DNA of 57,151 bases, taken from assembly GCA_964571315.1 (NCBI GenBank), contig CAZNBR010000002.1, positions 1 to 57,151 of the forward strand, given 5' to 3'. A program made the position numbers and the translations under genes. Positions within the stretch are counted from its first letter, which is position 1, and each line of letters starts with the position of its first letter. The notes below the pieces were generated by a model. It was given only the letters and a program-made list of their open reading frames with translations, searched no databases and was not told the DNA's origin. Positions 43,526 through 50,703 of this stretch are shown one piece after another. This DNA comes from an uncultured Syntrophaceae bacterium (lineage in GTDB: Bacteria; Desulfobacterota; Syntrophia; Syntrophales; UBA2210).

Positions 43526-44570
43526 GCGGCCCTCCTGTGGTGTACTGATCTTTCAATGGATTATCTCTTCGTCCTTCTTCCAGAAGACCGACAATCTCCC
43601 GCGCCCGGTGCAGGTAGGTGTGCTCCCGCAAGACGCGAGCCTGAGCCCTCTTTGCGACAGCCTCGCGTTCCTCTTCATGGTCAAGGAAGTACTCCGCGGC
43701 CTTCGTCATCTCTTTCCAGCCGGATACGGCAATAACCTCCTGCGCCGGATCAAAGTGCAGGGTCAAAAGTTTCCGCATATCGGTCAGCTGAAAGCACCCC
43801 ATCCCCGCCAGTTCAAACGTCCTCGGATTAACAAAGTCACCTTCTCCCAGCTTCCCGGGGAAGGGGGACGAGTGGAGGTTCAGGTTGATACGGGAGCGGC
43901 GATAGATCGAACGCGCCTCATCCTCGGTAATCCGACGATCGCCGATCACAACAAACGGGTTGGGATACCTGTCCCAGTCTTCACCGTAGATCTGGAAACC
44001 GCTGCCGGGAAACCGGCTCAGGAAATGAATCCGGTTGGGATAGGGCGCCCCCACGAAGGAGACCGGAATCTCCGGTTCGGTCGTTTCGTCCGAACAGCCC
44101 GGACGGGGATCGAAGGCCATGGGAAGATAATGGTAGGTGCGGCACCCCGCCCGCTCCAGTTCCTGCCAGAACGGCTCCCTCTGCAGGGTAAAAAAATGGT
44201 CAAACCAGGGCGCGATCGTTTTCCAGTACTCGAAGATTCGATAATCCTCCGTAAACCAGTAGCACAGAACGATCCTCGCTTTCTTCAGCTCCGACAGGAC
44301 CGCAACGTCGTCGAGGGGAGATTGGGCAATCCCGAAGATAACATCCGGCCGGAAATCAGTAATCCTGTCAAGGAGCATAATTTTCTTCTGTATGTGAAAC
44401 CGACAGGAACGCTCTTCATCCTGCGCCGCCCAGAGCTCCCTGAACTCCTGCTGCAGCGTCGAGAAATCAAGAAAGTCCGCCTCGACCCCCGCCTCCTTAA
44501 ACGCCCTGTAGATCGAACCGCCTATCGGGACGGTACCGCCCAGGACGGCTCCCACCACTAGAATACGCAT
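43515..44570 (-). CDS. CgeB/DUF3880-like glycosyltransferase
   Basis: Start taken at MRILVVG (ATG 44570, GGAAAGAGGAA upstream). The C-terminal INLNLHS...VNPRTFELAGMGCFQLTD...AEYFLDHEEEREAVAKRAQARVLREHTYLHRA resembles the CgeB-type GT-B C-domain. Confidence 0.75.
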   Translation of the reverse strand: MRILVVGAVLGGTVPIGGSIYRAFKEAGVEADFLDFSTLQQEFRELWAAQDEERSCRFHIQKKIMLLDRITDFRPDVIFGIAQSPLDDVAVLSELKKARIVLCYWFTEDYRIFEYWKTIAPWFDHFFTLQREPFWQELERAGCRTYHYLPMAFDPRPGCSDETTEPEIPVSFVGAPYPNRIHFLSRFPGSGFQIYGEDWDRYPNPFVVIGDRRITEDEARSIYRRSRINLNLHSSPFPGKLGEGDFVNPRTFELAGMGCFQLTDMRKLLTLHFDPAQEVIAVSGWKEMTKAAEYFLDHEEEREAVAKRAQARVLREHTYLHRAREIVGLLEEGRRDNPLKDQYTTGGPHVE

Positions 44571-44745
44571 ACAGTTCCTCTTTCCGTTTTCCTTCCTGCC
44601 TATAATCTCGCGCCCCCGACGGACGGATCGGCGCGCCCTCTGCGGCGGTACAATTGACCTCCGATGCCGCGACCGGTTTCCCTGTATCTGCCGGTGACAA
44701 AAGCGTTCGTATGACATCCCTGCACGATGCGCTCACTCCCGGGTA

Positions 44746-44916
44746 TCACGCAAACTCCATACCCTGTGCCGGGCCTTCCGCGCAGGAACAAGGAACGGAA
44801 ACCTCATACCCTATCTCGCGAAAGGCGCACTGCAGACCGAGTGCAATCTCATCAAAGGCACGGCTGTGACTATATCCGTGAGGGCTGACCACCCATATAC
44901 AGTATTTTTTAGCCAT
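44746..44916 (-). pseudogene. 56-codon ORF resembling the N-terminus of a Rossmann-type glycosyltransferase; possible gene remnant
   Basis: Below the ORF-track length cut-off. Its ATG overlaps the upstream GT9 stop (GATGGCTAA), with GAGGGAGA upstream. It translates MAKKYCIWVVSPHGYSHSRAFDEIALGLQCAFREIGYEVSVP...*. The remaining ~175 nt up to the next gene has no long clean frame. Confidence 0.3.
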
Positions 44917-46180
44917 CCCAAGTCTCCCTCGGTTCTGCGGATATAATTCCTGCCTGACACCTCAAAAAGACTGCCGCTCCGGGATCTCCGGTCCAGCCGT
45001 CTGTGATCACCTCGAGGGCCGCCAGCACATCATCCGTATCAATCGCCTCGAAACAGGGACTCACGGTATCGGGGGCATACCCTACCTCGGCGCACCCGCG
45101 GTGCGTCTCCAGACACGGTCCCCGGCACACCTTCCCCCGGAAGGGGGCCCTGACCGGGACGACGGACGGATAGTCGGCAACATGGGTCTCCGGCGGGAAT
45201 GGTCCAAAGAGCGCAACCCCGGGAATCCCCATGGCTCCCGCGGCATGAACGATTCCCGTATCCACGGACACGAAGGCGTCGACCAGAGACAGGGCCGCGA
45301 CCGTGTCGTGAAAATCATGAATAAGGCAGGAAAGATTGATGATCGGTGCATTGAAGGCGTCAATCTCTTTTTGCATGATTTTGGAGGCACCCTCATCTTT
45401 GAATAAAAGCGCCTGGTATGTATCCTGTAATCTGCTCGCAACCTGGGAAAAGAGAGACGCCGGAGCGTTCTTATGGGGGGCTCGTGATTTCCAGTTGACG
45501 CAGAGCAATTTTTTGCCGGTTTCCCTGCGAATCCGATCAAGGGCCGGTTTGATCCGTGAGACCCTTGCGGGATCGGGCCTCATCGAAGGGGGATCATTCC
45601 CCCCCCATTTGGGACCGAGGTTGAGGATCTCAAGGCAGAGATCCCTCATGGAGCGTGTGGCCGTTCGCTGATGATTCACCGGCAGCAGATTGACCAGGAC
45701 GTCAAAGGAGCACAGCTGCGCCAGGGTCAGAATATTGGGGATCACCCTGTCGACATACCCCGCATCGGGATAGGGGAAATTGCTGATCCAGTTGCACCCC
45801 AGGGTGATCCGAGGAGGTTCGCCCGTGGATGCCGTCATCCGGTAAAGGGCTTGTATTGCAGGCTGGATAAGTATCATATCGCCCCAGCCGTTCAACATAA
45901 GGATCAGGACCTTTTTGCCATGAAGTCTCTGTGTCCCGTCATAGATCTCCGGCACGGCCAGGTTGTCGGGGACCGGGATTTTGTCGAAAAGGGAAATTGC
46001 AGGGATTTCGGTCATGCGGTGCTGCTGTACATGAAGCCGTGCCAGAACCAGGATATGATCGGCATCAATACTGCGGGAGCCTGTCGGTTCGAAACGTGTT
46101 ACGTACCCATCCGTGTCAAACTCCAACTGAATGGATGAGGTAAGGAAACATATGCCGGGGATTGTCAGATCCATAACCAT
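44909..46180 (-). CDS. GT9 (heptosyltransferase-like) glycosyltransferase with a ~90-aa N-terminal extension
   Basis: KKVLILMLNGWGDMILIQPAIQALYRM, FVSVDTGIVHAAGAMGIPGVALFG and Cys motif CRGPCLETHRGC. Confidence 0.8.
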   Translation of the reverse strand: MVMDLTIPGICFLTSSIQLEFDTDGYVTRFEPTGSRSIDADHILVLARLHVQQHRMTEIPAISLFDKIPVPDNLAVPEIYDGTQRLHGKKVLILMLNGWGDMILIQPAIQALYRMTASTGEPPRITLGCNWISNFPYPDAGYVDRVIPNILTLAQLCSFDVLVNLLPVNHQRTATRSMRDLCLEILNLGPKWGGNDPPSMRPDPARVSRIKPALDRIRRETGKKLLCVNWKSRAPHKNAPASLFSQVASRLQDTYQALLFKDEGASKIMQKEIDAFNAPIINLSCLIHDFHDTVAALSLVDAFVSVDTGIVHAAGAMGIPGVALFGPFPPETHVADYPSVVPVRAPFRGKVCRGPCLETHRGCAEVGYAPDTVSPCFEAIDTDDVLAALEVITDGWTGDPGAAVFLRCQAGIISAEPRETWDG

Positions 46181-46245
46181 GTACCCATTTCCACGCTATA
46201 TATCCCTTGTTGGACAAGGTGATCCGATATGACCCTTTGAGAAAC

Positions 46246-46261
46246 AGCAACTTGTATGCCT
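46246..46261 (-). promoter_or_regulatory. Sigma54 promoter-like element upstream of the GT9/CgeB-like operon
   Basis: Minus strand reads AGGCATACAAGTTGCT. GG and GC are correctly spaced and the -12 box is TTGCT, but the first T of TGG is A. It lies about 70 nt upstream of ATG 46180. Confidence 0.45.
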
Positions 46262-46470
46262 CAGGCAGGATCCTTTCAATTTTTCACTTCCAGAAAAGGG
46301 CTAACTGTCCGGAGAAAGGGTTATTTCTGCACATACTGACGGTGTTGAGGATTCCCGCACGGATGTGCTCAGAAAGATGAAGGATACACCGGCCCGTCAT
46401 ATCGTTGACAATGAATGTCAGATAATGATCCCCGTTCCATGCGGAGAGTTCTCTCGGGGGAAGGCCCCGT

Positions 46471-46923
46471 TTAGAGATAGTCGCCCCTGTTGAACTTGAT
46501 GGCTTCAACCGTTGCAGTGACGACCGCCCTGTTGAGGATATCCTTCAGTTCATCCCCGGCAGGGAGTGAATCCAGAAGGGGCTTGATCTTCGCTGCCTCG
46601 CCTTCCATGCTGGAAACGAGAGGATAAAACTCTTTCAGGGTGGAGTTGGTATCCCCCAGTTTCCTGTGATACTCTTCAAGAAGATTAAGGAACTGTTCCA
46701 CCCGCTCTATGCCCTGTGCGGTACCAATATTCAAAATCTGATCAAACTGTATGGTCGGTATGTTTTGCACCGGCGGCAGAGTCATGACATGTCCCTCCGG
46801 CTTCGATGATGTGGCAATCTTTTCTTGGAGAATGTCATGGAATTCATTCCCCGTGGTCCGCCGGCCCGCACCGGTTTTCTGCTGTTCGGTACTTCCTGAA
46901 ATGTTGTGTGGCAGTATTTTCAT
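46471..46923 (-). CDS. 150-aa hypothetical protein, YaaR/DUF327-like (from memory of the family)
   Basis: MKILPHN...GNEFHDILQEK...ERVEQFLNLLEEYHRKLGDTNSTLKEFYPLVSSM... parallels the MKI...F.E.MQ.K...LL..IE..G..L......L..YK.LV layout that I recall for B. subtilis YaaR. A sigma28-like promoter lies upstream. Confidence 0.55.
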   Translation of the reverse strand: MKILPHNISGSTEQQKTGAGRRTTGNEFHDILQEKIATSSKPEGHVMTLPPVQNIPTIQFDQILNIGTAQGIERVEQFLNLLEEYHRKLGDTNSTLKEFYPLVSSMEGEAAKIKPLLDSLPAGDELKDILNRAVVTATVEAIKFNRGDYL

Positions 46924-47002
46924 GTCACTCTATCCTTTCTCACGGCCATTGTGGCCTCGTATTCTTTGTATCCCTTTCCTCAGATGGGAAAACTTTACGT
47001 CT

Positions 47003-47029
47003 ATATCGGCAAAGAATGCACATTTTTTA
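47003..47029 (-). promoter_or_regulatory. Sigma28 promoter-like element upstream of the DUF327-like ORF
   Basis: Minus strand reads TAAAAAAT-gtgcattcttt-GCCGATAT (N11; good -10 box, TAAA kept in the -35 box), about 80 nt upstream of ATG 46923. Confidence 0.5.
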
Positions 47030-47341
47030 GGCGATACTCATCCCCTTGTGCATAGAATTCTTTTGTATACCTCGGCCAATTATCGGGGCTGGCCGAGGTG
47101 CCCCCTTCCGGCAGCGTCTTCTATCCTATTGATAATTCTATATTACACAATGACCGACCCTCCGTTTCTGCCACGCTGCTCGAATGATGGCCGGGCGCAA
47201 CACCTGCCTGCCCTGTCTCGTTTCCATGGAGGCTTGTGCCTTATAAAAAGCACAGAGTGTGCCAGTATCCGCTGCTATGTGATCCCTACGGACAAAAATA
47301 GTGCCACGCTGGCACGGTATTTGATAGGTTAGGAGGCGGCA

Positions 47342-48106
47342 ATGAATAGTTCCGTCAGGGAGGTCGTCATGAAAATTCTCTACGGGTTACATACTCGATC
47401 GTTCCAGCACGATCTGACTGCCCCTGGTGAAAGATATCCGGGGAAGGAGGTGCCCGGCAATCTGCGCTTCGATATGATCCTGAATAATGCCGCACATGCC
47501 GTGCAGAAAGAAAATGAGGCCCTTCTGGGAAAGGGCGCGCTTGAAGCCCTGATCAGGATTATTGAAAAGCAGGTTAGCGATCACTGTTTGCACTCCATAC
47601 GGGCAAGCTCCGGAGGGTGGGCGTATGCGGGGGCATGGGGACCGGGGCTGCGGTATCTGTCCGGCCTGCCGGCGTCAATAAACCGACACCCGCCGCAGCA
47701 GAAACAGGATACTCCGACGGCACCGGATACCATGGATCGTATCATCAATCGTTCTTCCGAGAAACACGGGGTTGATGCAGATCTCATACGGGCGGTTATC
47801 CGGACCGAGAGCGATTTTGATCCTCGGGCCACATCGCCCAAGGGGGCAATGGGGCTCATGCAGCTCATGCCCGAAACGGCACGGGATCTTGGCGTCAAGG
47901 ATCCCTACGATCCCGCCCAAAATGTGATGGCGGGCACGCGATATCTGAAGATGCTCCTGGATCGGTATGACGGCAATGCGAATACCGCGCTGGCCGCCTA
48001 CAACTGGGGAATGGGAAATGTGGAGAGAAATCCCGCCGGGTTGCCTGAGGAAACGAAGGCCTACATCACCCGGGTTACTCAATACCGCGATCAGGCAACG
48101 GTGTAG
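47342..48106 (+). CDS. Soluble lytic transglycosylase (SLT domain) protein
   Basis: 254 aa. LIRAVIRTESDFDPRATSPKGAMGLMQLMPETARDLGV...AGTRYLKMLLDRYDGNANTALAAYNWG carries the catalytic E-S and AYNxG motifs of family-1 LTs. AGGAGG lies 6 nt upstream of the ATG. Confidence 0.85.
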   Translation: MNSSVREVVMKILYGLHTRSFQHDLTAPGERYPGKEVPGNLRFDMILNNAAHAVQKENEALLGKGALEALIRIIEKQVSDHCLHSIRASSGGWAYAGAWGPGLRYLSGLPASINRHPPQQKQDTPTAPDTMDRIINRSSEKHGVDADLIRAVIRTESDFDPRATSPKGAMGLMQLMPETARDLGVKDPYDPAQNVMAGTRYLKMLLDRYDGNANTALAAYNWGMGNVERNPAGLPEETKAYITRVTQYRDQATV

Positions 48107-48159
48107 TCAGGGACGCATGGGTTCCCGCTTCGCGGGGATAGACGGACACAACGCAGCAC

Positions 48160-48178
48160 CTCCAGTCAATGACTGGAG
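48160..48178 (+). terminator. Hairpin after the SLT gene
   Basis: CTCCAGTC-aat-GACTGGAG is a perfect 8-bp stem with a 3-nt loop, 54 nt after the stop. No U-tract follows. Confidence 0.3.
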
Positions 48179-48285
48179 ACCCTGGTAGTGATCAATGATG
48201 AATCCTCGAGTAATTCAAAGGCTGAAAAAAGATTCTCACGTTTGTCTTTGTAGAAGTTCTTTCATACCTGTGTCTTTCATGCCTG

Positions 48286-48314
48286 TTGACTGCTCCGCCT
48301 CACTCATATATATT
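48286..48314 (+). promoter_or_regulatory. Sigma70-like promoter upstream of the sensor kinase operon
   Basis: TTGACT-N17-TATATT, about 140 nt upstream of ATG 48455. Confidence 0.4.
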
Positions 48315-48454
48315 TACGACCGGGGGTGTTGTGAGAAAACGGGCTGAACGCAGATCTGATATGTATCCGCGGGTCGGAGCGGCAGCACGAAACTTCCGGT
48401 CTGTGATCATGACCGTTAATATGAAAGGGCAGTAGACGGGGGGGTGTTTTTCAT

Positions 48455-49927
48455 ATGATCACTAAGGTATATCGAGGACACGAGGAAGTATATAAGATTG
48501 CGGTCATAGCAATTTCCCTGGCAGGCGCCGTGTGCCTGATCCTTTACGCCCACGTGCTCCTCAAGACCGGTGTCCTCTTTACACACCTCTTTTATATCCC
48601 GATCGTCCTGTCGTCAATCTGGTGGAAGAGAAGGGGTCTGGTCGTGGCTGTATGCCTGGGCGGAGCCCTGATTGTGAGCAGCGCCATCTTTCTTGAGACA
48701 GATCTGTCAAACAACGTCCTCCGCGCATCCATATTTGTGTTGATTTCATCGGTGGTTTCCATTTTGAGCGAGCGGATCGCAGCGAGGGAAGAAGCGCTGA
48801 GGGAAAGCGAGGAAACATTCAGGCTCCTCTCGGAGCAGTCGCTCGTGGGCATCGCAATCATTCAGGATGACCTATGCAAATATGTCAATCAGGTATCATC
48901 CGAGATCTTCGAATATCCAGTCGAAGAGATATTGAAATGGGACCTGGAAGAATTGTCAGAAGTCGTTCACCCCGACAGCCGGGCCTTTGCGGTGGAGCAG
49001 GCGAGGGAAAAGCAGCGTGGAGGAAAAGATACCGTCATCAATTATGATTTCAGGGTAATTACAAAGACCGGAAAGGTAAAATGGGTTGACCTGTATTCGA
49101 AAACGATATCTTTCGGCGGCAGGAACGCGGACTTTGTCATACTGCTCGACATCACCGACCGCAAACTGGCGGAGGAGAAGCTGACTGAGTATTCACAAAA
49201 CCTTGAAGAGAAGGTGGAAGAGCGCACCAAGGAACTCAGGGATGCTCAGGATCAGCTGATCAGGAAGGAAAAGCTGGCCATAGTGGGGCAGCTTGCCGGG
49301 AGTGTGGGGCATGAGCTGAGAAACCCCCTCGGAATCATCGCCAACGCCGTATATTACCTGAAGATGACACACCCCAATGCCGATGACACCACGAAAGAGT
49401 ATATGGATATCATCTCTTCAGAGATCCGTATTTCAGAGAAGATCATCTCAGACCTCATGGATTTCTCCCGCATCAGAAAAGGGAAGAGGTCGGAAATAGA
49501 TTTAAACAGGCTGGTCACACAGGCGCTGAAAAGACAATCTCCGCCGGACAACATCGAGGTTGTAAGAGAAATACCCTCCGGCCCTTTATCGATCCGTGTG
49601 AATACCCGTCAGATCATCCAGGTGTTGACAAACCTTTTGTCCAACGCCTATCAGGCAATGCCCGAAGGGGGAACGCTTACCATACATGCGGAGAACGGTG
49701 GTGACACTGTCCGGCTGTCCGTCACCGATACCGGTTCAGGTATTCCCGGGGATGATATGGGGAAGATCTTCGAACCCCTCTTTACCTCCCGTGCCCGCGG
49801 CATCGGGCTCGGCCTCACCGTCTCCCGGGACCTGGCCGAGGGGAACGGGGGCACCATTGAGGTTCAGAGCGAAGAAGGCAGGGGAAGCACCTTCACCATC
49901 ACCCTCCCCGCCAAGGAGGAGGGGTAA
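48455..49927 (+). CDS. Membrane-anchored PAS sensor histidine kinase
   Basis: 490 aa. About 4 N-terminal TM segments, a PAS domain (FRLLSEQSLVGIAIIQDD...), the HisKA H-box GQLAGSVGHELRNPL, and the HATPase N/G boxes LSNAYQAM and DTGSGIPGD...GIGLGL. Confidence 0.9.
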   Translation: MITKVYRGHEEVYKIAVIAISLAGAVCLILYAHVLLKTGVLFTHLFYIPIVLSSIWWKRRGLVVAVCLGGALIVSSAIFLETDLSNNVLRASIFVLISSVVSILSERIAAREEALRESEETFRLLSEQSLVGIAIIQDDLCKYVNQVSSEIFEYPVEEILKWDLEELSEVVHPDSRAFAVEQAREKQRGGKDTVINYDFRVITKTGKVKWVDLYSKTISFGGRNADFVILLDITDRKLAEEKLTEYSQNLEEKVEERTKELRDAQDQLIRKEKLAIVGQLAGSVGHELRNPLGIIANAVYYLKMTHPNADDTTKEYMDIISSEIRISEKIISDLMDFSRIRKGKRSEIDLNRLVTQALKRQSPPDNIEVVREIPSGPLSIRVNTRQIIQVLTNLLSNAYQAMPEGGTLTIHAENGGDTVRLSVTDTGSGIPGDDMGKIFEPLFTSRARGIGLGLTVSRDLAEGNGGTIEVQSEEGRGSTFTITLPAKEEG

Positions 49928-50703
49928 TGAGGAGGAGGGTTCATATCCTGGTTGTGGATGACGACCGCCTGATGGTCAGGACCCTTGTTGACATCCTCAG
50001 GATCAAGGGATACCATGCCCACCCCGCCCACTCGGCACAAGAGGCCCTGGAGAAGATGGAAAAGGAAAAGATAGACTGCGTCCTGAGCGACATCAGGATG
50101 CCGGGAGTCAGCGGGGTCGAACTCTGCCGTGCCATCAAAGAGAGAAACCCCCTTCTTCCGGTAGTCCTCATGACGGCCTACTCCGATGACGGACTGATAA
50201 GGGACGGGCTCAAAGAGGGCGCCATAGCGGTGCTTCTCAAGCCGCTGAATATCAACGCCATCCTTACCTTCTTCTCCTCCCTTCGCACAAAACGCTCCAT
50301 CGCCATAGTCGACCATGATCCCGACTTCTGCAGAACCGGTGGAGACATACTCAGGGAAAGGGGTTTTTCGGTAACCACGCACACCGATCCCCTGAAAGCG
50401 CTGAAGAGACTCGATGGAAAAATCGACATGATCCTTCTGGGCATGAAGCCGGGCGGGGTCAATGGTCTGGATACCCTTAAGAAGATCAGGGAACAATATC
50501 CCCACATCCCGGTGATCCTCGTAACGGGCTGCCGGGAAGATATGGCGGAATCGATAGGAAGCGCCCTTGCGATGGGCACGCATACCTGTCTGTACAAGCC
50601 GCTGCAGACAGAAGAGCTGCTTGAGACAATAACCGAAGTGTATTATTGGGACCTTGGCAGAGTCCTGCAGCCTGGAAGAAAGAGAGATAGGAACAAAGGA
50701 TGA
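49927..50703 (+). CDS. Tandem-receiver response regulator (REC plus degenerate REC, no output domain)
   Basis: REC1 is canonical: VVDDD, acceptor D in CVLSDIRMPG, and LLKP. REC2 (aa ~124-250) has IAIVDHD but G172 (ILLGMKPGG) in place of the phospho-acceptor Asp. Its start overlaps the upstream stop. Confidence 0.9.
   Translation: MRRRVHILVVDDDRLMVRTLVDILRIKGYHAHPAHSAQEALEKMEKEKIDCVLSDIRMPGVSGVELCRAIKERNPLLPVVLMTAYSDDGLIRDGLKEGAIAVLLKPLNINAILTFFSSLRTKRSIAIVDHDPDFCRTGGDILRERGFSVTTHTDPLKALKRLDGKIDMILLGMKPGGVNGLDTLKKIREQYPHIPVILVTGCREDMAESIGSALAMGTHTCLYKPLQTEELLETITEVYYWDLGRVLQPGRKRDRNKG

Noticed and set aside
43524-44561. 345-aa plus-strand ORF
   Set aside because: It is antisense to the CgeB-like glycosyltransferase, whose frame has clear family motifs. 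The peptide is R/P/G-rich and there is no SD.
46284-46508. 74-aa minus-strand ORF between the DUF327-like gene and the GT9 operon promoter
   Set aside because: Its start overlaps the preceding gene by 38 nt, no convincing SD is present, and no motif was recognised. It cannot be excluded as a small protein, but it cannot be supported from sequence alone.
47010-47045. Plus-strand sigma28-like CAAAGAAT-N12-GGCGATAC upstream of the SLT gene
   Set aside because: It has four mismatches, including the first T of the -35 box and the C of the GCCGATAA -10 box. The same DNA gives a much better match on the opposite strand.
47310-47325. Sigma54-like TGGCACGGTATTTGAT upstream of the SLT gene
   Set aside because: The -12 box is TTGA rather than TTGC. 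A start 10-12 nt downstream would fall within or after the AGGAGG Shine-Dalgarno, leaving no functional leader. The adjacent GTGCCA-cgc-TGGCAC palindrome may be an operator instead.
48184-48330. 47-codon Cys-rich ORF (MMNPRVIQRLKK...CCEKTG) in the SLT/kinase intergenic region
   Set aside because: It has no SD, overlaps the sigma70-like promoter of the kinase operon, and has no recognisable family.
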